Assembly: GCA_046331705.1 (NCBI GenBank)
Contig: JAXLQJ010000060.1
Coordinates: 1 to 41,812, forward strand
Length of the DNA: 41,812 nt
Origin: a bacterium
GTDB taxonomy: Bacteria > JADJOY01
Direction of reading: 5' to 3'
This document shows positions 9,641-19,068 of the stretch, piece after piece. Within the stretch, counting starts at the first letter, position 1, and each line of letters starts with the position of its first letter. The position numbers and the translations under genes were made by a program. The notes beneath the pieces were generated by a model, which saw only the letters and a program-made list of their open reading frames with translations, was not told the DNA's origin and did no database searches.

Positions 9641-10440
9641 GGATTCCCGTCTGGATCGTCGCCGCCGGCTGGATGGCCGCCGCGCCCGCGCTGCACGCCG
9701 CGCCGCTCACCGAAGCCTCGGGGACGGCGACGCGTTCGTTCCGGGGGCTTGCGTACGACCGCTCGAGCGGCGACTTCCTCTACACCGAGGAGCACGAGCA
9801 GTCCTGGGACGGCGCGCGTCTGGTGTCCGCGCGCGTGACCTACCGCGCCCCCGACGGGAGCGTCATGGCGACCAAGACGCTCGACTTCGCCAACGGCGCG
9901 GAGCGGCCCACCTTCCGCATGGACGATGCGCGCGACGGCTACGTCGAGGGCGTGAGCGTCCGACCCACCGAGATCGAGCTCTTCCAGCGCGACAAGCGCG
10001 AGAGCGAGCTCGAGCGCGCGACGTTGCCACGCCCCGCCGAGCTGGTGGTGGACGCCGGCTTCAACTACTTCATGCGCAACCACTGGGACGCGATCGCCCG
10101 CGGCGAGGTGCTCGCCTTCGATTTCGCCGCGCCGACGCGTCTCGACACCTACCGCTTCCAGGCGCGGCGCATGGGCGAGCGAGACGTCGGCGGGCGCCCG
10201 GCGATGGTGGTGGCCGTCGAGCTCGCGACTCCCCTGGTGCGCTGGCTGCTCGATCCCATCACGCTCACCTACGACCGCGAGACCCACGAGCTTCTCGAGT
10301 GGCAGGGGATCTCGAACCTCGACGACGAGCGCGACAAGCCCTACGACGCGCGCATCGTGTTCCCGCGCGGCGAAGGCGGCGTCCCCGAGACTCGCGCGGC
10401 CACCTCCACGACCAAGACCCTCGCCGACGGCGGTGGCTGA
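9637..10440 (+). CDS. Secreted hypothetical protein, beta-rich
   Basis: ATGA overlap with the upstream stop; signal peptide ending ALHA; coding-like codon usage; VVDAGFNYFMRNHWD segment. Confidence 0.8.
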   Translation: MRIPVWIVAAGWMAAAPALHAAPLTEASGTATRSFRGLAYDRSSGDFLYTEEHEQSWDGARLVSARVTYRAPDGSVMATKTLDFANGAERPTFRMDDARDGYVEGVSVRPTEIELFQRDKRESELERATLPRPAELVVDAGFNYFMRNHWDAIARGEVLAFDFAAPTRLDTYRFQARRMGERDVGGRPAMVVAVELATPLVRWLLDPITLTYDRETHELLEWQGISNLDDERDKPYDARIVFPRGEGGVPETRAATSTTKTLADGGG

Positions 10441-11520
10441 ATGCCGGCGGACGTGCGCTTCGCGCAGTGGACCCTCGCGGTGTGCCTGACCGCCGCGAGC
10501 GCGTCGCTGGTCGAAGGCTGCTCGATCCCGGACGCCCCCGCCGCCATGGTGGAGGAAGAGCCCGACGCGCGGACGCTCTACGCGTCGCACCGACGCGGCG
10601 CCACCTTCTTCAACCCGTGGGCGGAGATGACCACCGGCTTCACGGACCTGCTGCGGTGGAAGCTCTCCCGCAACGAGTTCAGCGAGGCGAAGCGCCGCAC
10701 GCCCGACGTGCCGAGGGTGGCCAACGACGGCTCGACGCTGCTCGCGGATCTCGAGGATCCGTCCGTCACCTGGATCGGCCACGCGACCGCGCTGGTCGAG
10801 GACGAGGGCGACGTCTGGCTCACCGACCCCATCTTCTCGGACTCGATCTTCGGGCTGCGCGAGCGTCTCCATCCGCCCGGCATCCCGCTCGAGCGCATCC
10901 CCCCGCCGCGCTTCGTGGTGGTGAGCCACAACCACTACGACCATCTCGACGCACCGACGATCGAGGCGCTTCCCGGGAGCACGGTGATGGTGGTGCCGCT
11001 CGGGCTCGGCGACTGGATGCGCGACGCGGGGCGCGAGCAGGTCACCGAGCTCGACTGGTGGCAGAGCACCCTCGTCGGCGACTGGACGATCACCTGCCTG
11101 CCGTCCCAGCACTGGAGCCTGCGCACCCTCGATCGCAACGAGACGCTGTGGGCCTCGTGGCTCGTCGAGGGCCATGGCCGGCGCTACTACTTCGCCGGCG
11201 ACACCGGCTACTTCCCGGGCTTCGCCGAGTACGGGCGGCGCTTCGGGCCGATCGACGTGGCGCTGCTGCCGATCGGCGCTTACGCGCCGCGCTGGTTCAT
11301 GGCGTACCAGCACATGGATCCCGCGCAGGCGCTCACGGCCTTCGCGGAGCTGGGGGCGCGCTGGATGGTGCCCATCCACTGGGGCACCTTCGATCTCTCG
11401 GACGAGCCGATGGACGAGCCGCCGCGCGAGCTCGCGCGTGTGGCCGCGTCTCGCCCCGAGCTCGGGGAGCGGATCAAGGTGCTCGCGATAGGCGAGACGT
11501 TCCACTTGCCGAGCGGATGA
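10441..11520 (+). CDS. MBL-fold metallohydrolase, NAPE-PLD/RomA-like, probable lipoprotein
   Basis: FFNPW, TWIGHAT, LTDPIFS, SHNHYDHLD, PSQHWS, FAGDTGY, PIGAYAPRWFM..QHMDP, PIHWGTF. Confidence 0.92.
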   Translation: MPADVRFAQWTLAVCLTAASASLVEGCSIPDAPAAMVEEEPDARTLYASHRRGATFFNPWAEMTTGFTDLLRWKLSRNEFSEAKRRTPDVPRVANDGSTLLADLEDPSVTWIGHATALVEDEGDVWLTDPIFSDSIFGLRERLHPPGIPLERIPPPRFVVVSHNHYDHLDAPTIEALPGSTVMVVPLGLGDWMRDAGREQVTELDWWQSTLVGDWTITCLPSQHWSLRTLDRNETLWASWLVEGHGRRYYFAGDTGYFPGFAEYGRRFGPIDVALLPIGAYAPRWFMAYQHMDPAQALTAFAELGARWMVPIHWGTFDLSDEPMDEPPRELARVAASRPELGERIKVLAIGETFHLPSG

Positions 11521-12439
11521 ACGCGAGCATCTCGGGACCGGCGACGCGATCGTCGCGGCTCAGCGTGAGCACGATGCGCTCGTGGCTGCCCGCGGGAATG
11601 CCGAGCAGCCGGGTGCTCGCGCCAGCGCCGGCGAGCGCATCGGCGAGCAGCTTCGCCTGGCGCTTGAGCGCCTCGGTCTCGCCGTCGGCGTAGAGCACCA
11701 GCGAGGGCGGCGCGTCGGCGCGCACGAAGCGGATCGGCGAGGCGCGCAGCTTCCAGGCCTCACCCGAGTCCCCGTCTCGGAAGCGGGCCTCGTAGTAGTC
11801 GAGGTCGGTGCCGAGCTCGTAGGTCTTCTCGTCCGCCACGTCGTACGCCGCGCCGCTCACGGCGATCAGCCCCCGAATGGTGGCGGCGGGGACGTCCACT
11901 GCTGCGAGTCGAGAGCGATCCAGCGCAACCCACGCCGCGAGCTGAGCGCCCGCGGAGTGGCCCGAGAGGAAGATCGTGTCCGGATCGGCGCCGTGCTCGG
12001 CCGCGTGCGCGTGGATCCACGCCACCGCGTGCGCCACGTCGTCGATCTGATCCTCGAGCTTCACCTTCGGCATGAGGCGGTAGCTGATCACCGCGGTGGC
12101 GATGCCGTGGCCCGCGAAGAAACGGCCGATGTTGCCATAGACATCGTGCCCACCCGGCGCGAGCGACTTGTCACCCGTCCGCCAGCCGCCGCCGTGGACG
12201 AAGACGAGCACCGGCGGCTTCTCCACCGACGGCGCGGGCAGGAAGAGATCGAGCTTGTGCTTCTCCGGGTCCGCGCCGGCGTCGCTGCGATACGCGAGAT
12301 CGTGCAGCACCTGATTCGGCGGCAGATCCGCCTGCTCGTAGAAGAACGGGATCCCCACCCGATACACCAGGTGCGAGCACCCCGCGCTCCATGCGCCGAT
12401 CCAAGTCATCGCCAGAACCAGTCCGATCCGCCTGAGCAT
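11474..12439 (-). CDS. Alpha/beta hydrolase (HSL-type carboxylesterase), probable lipoprotein
   Basis: LDLFLP, FVHGGGW..GDK, ISYRL, GHSAGA, SPI; ATG 12439 has GGAG 7 nt upstream; SAGC lipobox-like; overlaps the 3' end of the MBL gene by 47 bp. Confidence 0.88.
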   Translation of the reverse strand: MLRRIGLVLAMTWIGAWSAGCSHLVYRVGIPFFYEQADLPPNQVLHDLAYRSDAGADPEKHKLDLFLPAPSVEKPPVLVFVHGGGWRTGDKSLAPGGHDVYGNIGRFFAGHGIATAVISYRLMPKVKLEDQIDDVAHAVAWIHAHAAEHGADPDTIFLSGHSAGAQLAAWVALDRSRLAAVDVPAATIRGLIAVSGAAYDVADEKTYELGTDLDYYEARFRDGDSGEAWKLRASPIRFVRADAPPSLVLYADGETEALKRQAKLLADALAGAGASTRLLGIPAGSHERIVLTLSRDDRVAGPEMLAFIRSASGTSRLSRAP

Positions 12440-12714
12440 CGTCATTCTCCGACCGTGGTCCAACTGTACCGTTTCGACCCCGGTTCCTCCCTGGCATCTA
12501 CGTCGCGCGGCGGCCGCTGGTTTGGCGTGTCGTGTTCGCGTGGCACCACGACGCGCTCCGGACCCGGTTGATTTGCGGCGGCGGGTTCGCAGACTGCGGG
12601 GCTCCCCTCGCGGTCGGCCAGCTCGTGAACGACATCGGAAAGCTCGCTCGAGAATCGGACGCGGATCGCGACGCGTCTGGCGCCGCGCCGGCTCGCGTCG
12701 GACGTCACGAGCGC

Positions 12715-13860
12715 GTGGTCTCGGTGCCCGTGATCGGAGCGACGTTCTTCCTGGTGCTCGGCGGCGCCGGAGCGTGGGTGCCGTATTTCGGCCTCTACCT
12801 CAAGCGCATCGGATACAGCGGCGCGGCGCTGGGGCTCCTGATCGCGGCGATGACGCTCGCGCGCGTGCTCTCGGCGCCATTCTGGACGGCGCTGGCGGAT
12901 CGCTTTCGCAGCGGCGAGCGGGTGCTCGTGCTCACGAGCTTCGTGTCGCTGCTCGCCGTGATGGCGGCGATCTGGCTCCCGGTGCCGACGCTCGGCCTGG
13001 TGCTGCTGCTGGTGGTCTTCGCTGGCGCGCGCGGACCGATCGGACCGCTCCTCGACGCGGAGACGATCTTGGCGCTCGAACGGCGGGGTCTCGACGCGCG
13101 CCACTACGGGCGCATCCGGCTCTGGGGCTCGGTGGGGTTCATGGTCCTCGGCGTGGTGGCGGGCTGGGTTGCGGATCTCCATCCGCGAGCGCCGCTCGAC
13201 CTGGCGATCGCGGTGTGGATCGGCGGCGCGTTCCTCACCCTTGCCTTCCCGCGCGGCCCGGTCTCGATGCCGGTGCCGATCTGGGAAGCGCTCCGCACGC
13301 TCGCTCGCGAGCCGTTCTTCCGGCCCTTCGTCGCGGCGGTGGTGCTGCACGGCTTCGCGCTCGTGAGCTGGGACAATCTGATCGGCATCCACGTGGCCGC
13401 GATCGGCCTCTCGTCGCGCTGGACGGGTGCGGCGCTGGGCGTCGCGATGAGCACGGAGATCGCGCTGATGTGGCTCGGCCAGAAGCTTCTCGTCCGGATC
13501 GATCCGTTTCGCGTGCTGGTCATGGCCATGGGACTGGGCGCGCTGCGCTGGGTGGCGACGGCGAGCACGCAGAGCCCGCTGGTGTTGCTCGTGGCGCAGG
13601 CGTCGCACGGCATGGTCTTCGGCGCCTTCTGGATCGCCTCCGTCGAGATCCTGCGCCTCAAGGCACCGGAGCGAATCCGCGCCACCGCGCAAGGCGTGCT
13701 CGCGGTGGGCGCCTACGGCATGGGCGCGATCGTGGCGGGTGGCACCATCGCGGTGGCGCTCGAGCGCATCGGATCCGACGGGCTGCTCTACGTGTCGGCG
13801 CTCGGCTCGCTCACGGCGGCGCTGCTCGCGCTCGCGGCGGAGCGTGCGACGCGACCCTGA
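12715..13860 (+). CDS. MFS transporter (HcaT/MFS_1_like type)
   Basis: PYFGLYL...G, PFW..LADR, YGRIRLWGSVGF, about 12 hydrophobic segments. Start uncertain (GTG codons at 12715-12730). Confidence 0.88.
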   Translation: MVSVPVIGATFFLVLGGAGAWVPYFGLYLKRIGYSGAALGLLIAAMTLARVLSAPFWTALADRFRSGERVLVLTSFVSLLAVMAAIWLPVPTLGLVLLLVVFAGARGPIGPLLDAETILALERRGLDARHYGRIRLWGSVGFMVLGVVAGWVADLHPRAPLDLAIAVWIGGAFLTLAFPRGPVSMPVPIWEALRTLAREPFFRPFVAAVVLHGFALVSWDNLIGIHVAAIGLSSRWTGAALGVAMSTEIALMWLGQKLLVRIDPFRVLVMAMGLGALRWVATASTQSPLVLLVAQASHGMVFGAFWIASVEILRLKAPERIRATAQGVLAVGAYGMGAIVAGGTIAVALERIGSDGLLYVSALGSLTAALLALAAERATRP

Positions 13861-13990
13861 GTGAGCGAGCGGACGCGGGGGCGAGGGAGCGAGCGCGACG
13901 CTGGCCGCGGGACCGCTTGCAGGGGTTTGCCCGGGTTCCCGAGGCGCATCCATATTGCGCGCCGCTCGCGCACGAGCGTGGGGGTGAGGC

Positions 13991-14704
13991 GTGGCGGAAA
14001 CGAAGCTCGCGGAAGCGCTCGTCGAGGTCGACGAGGTCACCAAGGTCTACCCGCAGGGTCATCGTGAGGTGCGCGCGCTCGCGGGGGTGTCGCTGGGAGT
14101 GCCGCGCGGCGAGTTCCTCTCGATCATGGGGCCGAGCGGCTCGGGCAAGAGCACGCTGCTGCACCTGATGGCCGGGCTCGATCGGCCGAGCAGCGGCGCC
14201 ATTCGGGTCGACGGCGTGACCCTGAGCGACATGCCCGACACCGACGTGACGATCTTCCGCCGCGAGCGCGTCGGCCTCATCTTCCAGTTCTTCAATCTGC
14301 TGCCCACGCTCACCGCCGCCGAGAACGTGGCGCTGCCGCTCCTGCTGAACGGCAAGCGCATGAAGGACGTGCGCGAGCGCGTCGAGGCGTTGCTCGGCGT
14401 GGTCGGGCTCGCCGACCGCAGCACGCACCGACCCGACGAGCTTTCCGGCGGCGAGATGCAGCGGGTCGCGATCGCCCGCGCGTTGGTGGTCGACCCCAGG
14501 CTGCTGCTCGCCGACGAGCCCACCGGCAACCTCGACTCTGCCACCAGCACCGAGATCCTCGAGCTGCTGCGCGCGGTGCACCAGGAGAAGGCACCGACGA
14601 TCGTCATGGTCACCCACGACCCGCGCGCCGCCGAGTTCGGCGATCGCGTGATCCGCCTGCGCGACGGCAAGATCGAAGAAGATCGCCGCACGACGGGGCA
14701 CTGA
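13991..14704 (+). CDS. ABC transporter ATP-binding protein, LolD/MacB type
   Basis: Walker A GPSGSGKS, IFQFFNL, LSGGEMQRVAIARAL, LLADEPTGNLD, VTHD. Confidence 0.95.
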   Translation: MAETKLAEALVEVDEVTKVYPQGHREVRALAGVSLGVPRGEFLSIMGPSGSGKSTLLHLMAGLDRPSSGAIRVDGVTLSDMPDTDVTIFRRERVGLIFQFFNLLPTLTAAENVALPLLLNGKRMKDVRERVEALLGVVGLADRSTHRPDELSGGEMQRVAIARALVVDPRLLLADEPTGNLDSATSTEILELLRAVHQEKAPTIVMVTHDPRAAEFGDRVIRLRDGKIEEDRRTTGH

Positions 14705-14746
14705 CCGATGACGCTCGCGAATCGCGCAGCGAGCGGGCACGGCGAG

Positions 14747-15906
14747 CGCCGCGAGCCAGCGGCGAGCCGCGAGCGAAGCGAAGCGCCTTGGGGGTGGGAC
14801 CCAGCGCGGCTCCGCCGCGATGGGCGGGGGGCTGGAACAGCCCCCAACCGCGCTTCGCACCCGACGACCGGCCCATCGGTCTCCACGCGCGGCCTTCCAC
14901 CACGCCGCGAGCCAGCGGCGAGCCGCGAGCGAAGCGAAGCGCCTTGGGGGTGGGACCCAGCGCGGCTCCGCCGCGATGGGCGGGGGGCTGGAACAGCCCC
15001 CAACCGCGCTTCGCACCCGACGACCGGCCCATCGGTCTCCACGCGCAGCCTTCCACCACGCCGCGAGCCAGCGGCGAGCCGCGAGCGAAGCGAAGCGCCT
15101 TGGGGTGGGACCCAGCGCGGCTTCGCCGCGATGGGCGGGGCTGGAACAGCCCCCAAGCGACCGCACCCGACGACGGCCCATCGGTCTCCACGCGCGGCCT
15201 TCCACCACGCCGCGAGCCAGCGGCAGCCGAGCGAAGCAAGCGCCGGGTGGGACCCAGCGCGGCTCCGCGCGATGGGCGGGGGGCTGGAACAGCCCCCAAC
15301 CGCGCTTCGCACCCGACGACCGGCCCATCGGTCTCCACGCGCGGCCTTCCACCACGCCGCGAGCCAGCGGCGAGCCGCGAGCGAAGCGAAGCGCCTTGGG
15401 GTGGGACCCAGCGCGGCTCCGCCGCGATGGGCGGGGGCTGGAACAGCCCCAACCGCGCTTCGCACCCGACGACCGGCCCTCGGTCTCCACGCGCAGCCTT
15501 CCACCACGCCGCGAGCCAGCGGCGAGCCGCGAGCGAAGCGAAGCGCCTTGGGGTGGGACCCAGCGCGGCTCCGCCGCGATGGGCGGGCTGGAACAGCCCC
15601 CAACCGCGCTTCGCGACCCGACCGGCCATCGGTCTCCACGCGCGGCCTTCCACCACGCCGCGAGCCAGCGGCGAGCCGCAGCGAAGCGAAGCGCCTTAGA
15701 GGTGGGACCCGGCGCGGCTCCGCCGCGATGGGCGGGGCTGGAACAGCCCCAACCGCGCTTCGCACCCGACGACCGGCCCATCGGTCTCCACGCGCGGCCT
15801 TCCACCACGCCGCGAGCCAGCGGCGAGCCGCGAGCGAAGCGAAGCGCCTTGGAGTGGGACCCAGCGCGGCTCCGCCGCGATGGGCGGGGGGCTGGAACAG
15901 CCCCCC
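14747..15906 (+). repeat. Tandem array of about 7.6 copies of a 147-156 bp multi-hairpin element
   Basis: Unit starts (CGCCGCGAGCCAGC) at 14747, 14903, 15059, 15208, 15355, 15507, 15656 and 15808; the last unit ends at GGGGGGCTG-GAA-CAGCCCCCC (15906). No spacers. Confidence 0.97.
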
Positions 15907-15920
15907 GCTAGAGCAAACCC

Positions 15921-18512
15921 ATGTGGAACCTCCTTCGACACGTGACCTGGCCGCAGTGGCGCCAGCACCGGCTGCGCACCGCGCTCACGGCGGTGGGCAT
16001 CATGCTCGGCGTGTCGGTGATCATCGCGATGCGGCTGGTGAACCATTCGGTTTTCGCGTCGGTGCGCGAGTCGGTGGCGGACACGGCTGGACGCGCGACG
16101 CTCTCGATCGCCAACGGCACGGCGTGCCTGCCCGAGTCCCTTCTCGACGAGGTGCGCGCGCTCCCCACGGTGAAGAGCGCCGCGGCGCTGATCCTCGACT
16201 CGGGGCTCGTGATCGGCAGCGCCAACGCCGGCGAGCGGCTGCAGGTCTTCGGCGTCGACTACCTCGCCGACACCGAGATCCGCAGCTACGAGCTCGAGAA
16301 GGACGCAAAGGAGAGCGAGATCGAGGACCCCATCGTGGTCCTCTCGCAGCCGAGCTCGATCTTCGTCACGCGTCGCTTCGCCCAGAGCCACGGGCTCGCG
16401 CTCAACTCGCCGCTCAAGCTGCAGGTGACGAGCGGGCCGGTGGATCTGGTGGTGCGCGGGATCCTGAAGGAGAGCGGCCCCGCCAAGGCGTACGGCGGCA
16501 TGTTCGCGCTGATGGACATCTTCGCGGCGCAGATCGCGTTCGGGAAAGGCACGCCGGGCGTGCCTGGCAAGTTCGATCAGATCGACGTGGTGCTGAAGGA
16601 CGGCGTGAGCTTCGAGGACGGCAAGGCGAGCCTGGTGGCACTGGTCGCCGGGCGTGGCCACGTCGATCGGCCGGAGGGACGCGGCGAGCAGATCGAGGGA
16701 CTGCTCGGCGCGATGAAGCTCGGCTTCTCGCAGAGCCAGGCGCTCTCGTTCATCGTCGGGATGTTCCTGATCTACAACACCATGAGCATCGCGGTGGTGC
16801 AGCGCCGCCGCGAGATCGGCGTGCTGCGCTCGCTCGGCGCCACCGCTCCCGAGATCCGGCGGCTCTTCGTGACCGAGGCCCTGGTGCTCGCGGCGATCGG
16901 TTGCGTCGCGGGCGTGGGGCTCGGCTGGTGGATGGCGCGACTGATCCTGCCGGCCATGGAAAAGGTCCTGGCGACGATGGTGACGCGCACCACCGTCGGC
17001 TATCTGCGCCTCGACCCGCTGGTGATCGCAATGGGCGTGGGCGCGGGCTTCGGCTTCGCGCTGGTCGCGTCGCTGATGCCCGCGATCCAAGCGGGTCGGG
17101 TGAGCCCGCTGGTGGCGCTGCGCCGCGATGCCGCCACCCGCGTCGAGCCCCGCTCCATCCGGATCATGGCGTGGCTCGGCGTCACCGGGCTGGCGGCGAG
17201 CATCGCCGGGAACTTCTTGCAGAGCCGCATCGGCGCCAACTGGCTCTCGCTGGGCACGATGGGGTTTCGCATCGTCGGCGTCGCGCTGCTCATGCCGTGG
17301 CTGGTGGTGGCGGTGCTGGGGCCGGCGCGCCGCGTGCTGGGCGCGCTCTTCGGCATCCAGGGCAAGCTCGCCGGCGACAACCTCACCAACGCGCCGGGGC
17401 GCACCGCGGTGACCCTGACGGCGGTGATGATCGGCATCAGCGCGTACGTGATCGTCGGCGCTTTGGTGGAGAGCCTGCAGGTCACGCTCGGCAACTGGAT
17501 CGATCGGTACATCTCGGCGGACCTCTCGATCGCCGCGTCGAGCCGCCTCGCCGGACCTTCCAGCAACCGCATCCCGGACGAGGTCGTCGAGGGCCTGCGC
17601 GGGGTGCCGGGCATCGAGACCGTGAAGCCCTTTCGCTACATCGAGCTCCTCTACCAGGACGAGCTCGCCTACCTGCTCACGCTCGACCTGGAGGCCCACG
17701 GCCGGCGCGGCGGCTACCAGATGGTGAGCGGGCCCGATGCCAAGACCTTCATGGCCACGCTCGCACGCGGCGAAGGCGTCGGGGTCTCCGACGCGTTCGC
17801 GCTCCATTTCGGCAAGAACGTCGGCGACACGCTCACGCTCAACACTCCCACGGGGCCCCACGACTTCCGGATCATCGGCACCTTCGCCGACTGGGCGGGG
17901 AAGACCGGCACGGTGCACATCGACCGCGCGCTCTATCAGAAGGTGTGGAACGAGAGCCTGGTGGACGGCATCGACATCGATCTCGCCGAGCCGAGCCGCT
18001 GGGAAGAGGTGGCGCGCGAGATCCGCGCCCGATTCGGCGCGAAATACGATCTGCAGGTGATGACCTCGAAGGAGTTCAAGGACGAGATCCGCACCCAGAT
18101 CATCGCCGGCTTCGAGGTCAGCAAGGCCACCGAGGTGATCGTGCTCATCATCTCGGCGCTCGGCATCGTGAACACGCTGCTGGCGGCGATCCTGGACCGC
18201 ACGCGCGAGATCGGCATCCTGCGCGCGGTCGGCGCCACGCGCCGTCAGATCGAGGGTGCCGTCCTCGCCGAGGCGGGGCTCCTCGGCGCCATGGGCGCTC
18301 TCATCGGTTTGGCACTCGGCCTCGCGAACGCTTATCCATTCGTCCGCGTCTCGATGCTGAGACTGGTCGGCTGGCACCTCGACTTCCACCTCGATGTGTG
18401 GGCGCTCGCGGGCGCCGGCATCGCGGCGGTCGCGATCTCGATGCTCGCGGGGCTCCACCCCGCGCGCCAGGCCGGGCGGCTCAACATCCTCGACGCCATC
18501 GAATACGAATGA
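15921..18512 (+). CDS. FtsX-like ABC permease (two MacB periplasmic plus FtsX halves)
   Basis: R.ALT..GI.LGV, FLIYNTMSIAVVQRRREIGVLRSLGAT, GRTAVT, GIVNTLLAAILDRTREIGILRAVGAT, terminal DAIEYE. Confidence 0.93.
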   Translation: MWNLLRHVTWPQWRQHRLRTALTAVGIMLGVSVIIAMRLVNHSVFASVRESVADTAGRATLSIANGTACLPESLLDEVRALPTVKSAAALILDSGLVIGSANAGERLQVFGVDYLADTEIRSYELEKDAKESEIEDPIVVLSQPSSIFVTRRFAQSHGLALNSPLKLQVTSGPVDLVVRGILKESGPAKAYGGMFALMDIFAAQIAFGKGTPGVPGKFDQIDVVLKDGVSFEDGKASLVALVAGRGHVDRPEGRGEQIEGLLGAMKLGFSQSQALSFIVGMFLIYNTMSIAVVQRRREIGVLRSLGATAPEIRRLFVTEALVLAAIGCVAGVGLGWWMARLILPAMEKVLATMVTRTTVGYLRLDPLVIAMGVGAGFGFALVASLMPAIQAGRVSPLVALRRDAATRVEPRSIRIMAWLGVTGLAASIAGNFLQSRIGANWLSLGTMGFRIVGVALLMPWLVVAVLGPARRVLGALFGIQGKLAGDNLTNAPGRTAVTLTAVMIGISAYVIVGALVESLQVTLGNWIDRYISADLSIAASSRLAGPSSNRIPDEVVEGLRGVPGIETVKPFRYIELLYQDELAYLLTLDLEAHGRRGGYQMVSGPDAKTFMATLARGEGVGVSDAFALHFGKNVGDTLTLNTPTGPHDFRIIGTFADWAGKTGTVHIDRALYQKVWNESLVDGIDIDLAEPSRWEEVAREIRARFGAKYDLQVMTSKEFKDEIRTQIIAGFEVSKATEVIVLIISALGIVNTLLAAILDRTREIGILRAVGATRRQIEGAVLAEAGLLGAMGALIGLALGLANAYPFVRVSMLRLVGWHLDFHLDVWALAGAGIAAVAISMLAGLHPARQAGRLNILDAIEYE

Positions 18513-18534
18513 CCTTTCCCAGGAGAATCCGACC

Positions 18535-19068
18535 ATGACCTCGAGTACGACAAGCGCATCGCCGCTCGTGGCGATCCTGATGGGCAGCGCCTCCGACGCC
18601 GACAAGCTCACCGGTGCACGCGACGTGCTCCAGAAGCTCGGCATCGCCTTCGAAGTGACCGTGACCAGCGCACACCGCAGCCCGGCGCGCACCGTCGACT
18701 ACGTCCGCTCCGCGGAGGAGCGCGGCGTACGCGTGTTCATCGCCGCAGCGGGCGGAGCGGCCCATCTCGCGGGCGTGGTCGCGGCGCACACGCTCAAGCC
18801 GGTGATCGGCGTGCCGGTGGACTCGACACCGCTCGCCGGTTTCGACGCGCTCCTCTCGACCGTGCAGATGCCGCCCGGGATCCCCGTGGCGACGGTGGCG
18901 GTGGGCGACATGGGCGCCCGCAACGCCGCCTACCTCGCGGCACGCATCCTGGGTCTCGGTGACGCCGCGATCGCGGCCACCCTCGTCACCGAGCGCGATC
19001 GCCTCGAGGCCTCGGTGGTCGAGGGCGATCGCAAGGTGAAGTCCGCGTGGGCCGCGGCCAGGACGTGA
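18535..19068 (+). CDS. purE: N5-carboxyaminoimidazole ribonucleotide mutase
   Basis: [67 protein letters not shown]. Confidence 0.97.
   Translation: MTSSTTSASPLVAILMGSASDADKLTGARDVLQKLGIAFEVTVTSAHRSPARTVDYVRSAEERGVRVFIAAAGGAAHLAGVVAAHTLKPVIGVPVDSTPLAGFDALLSTVQMPPGIPVATVAVGDMGARNAAYLAARILGLGDAAIAATLVTERDRLEASVVEGDRKVKSAWAAART

Noticed and set aside
14747-15906. CRISPR array
   Set aside because: Units are about 150 bp and repeat along their whole length; there are no unique spacers and no cas genes in the window.
13811-18538. Long ORFs crossing the array (14708-18538 +, 13811-15808 -, 14059-15765 -, 14610-15656 -) as genuine genes
   Set aside because: They are open because the repeat has no stops; they switch peptide register at each indel and continue out of frame or antisense over real genes.
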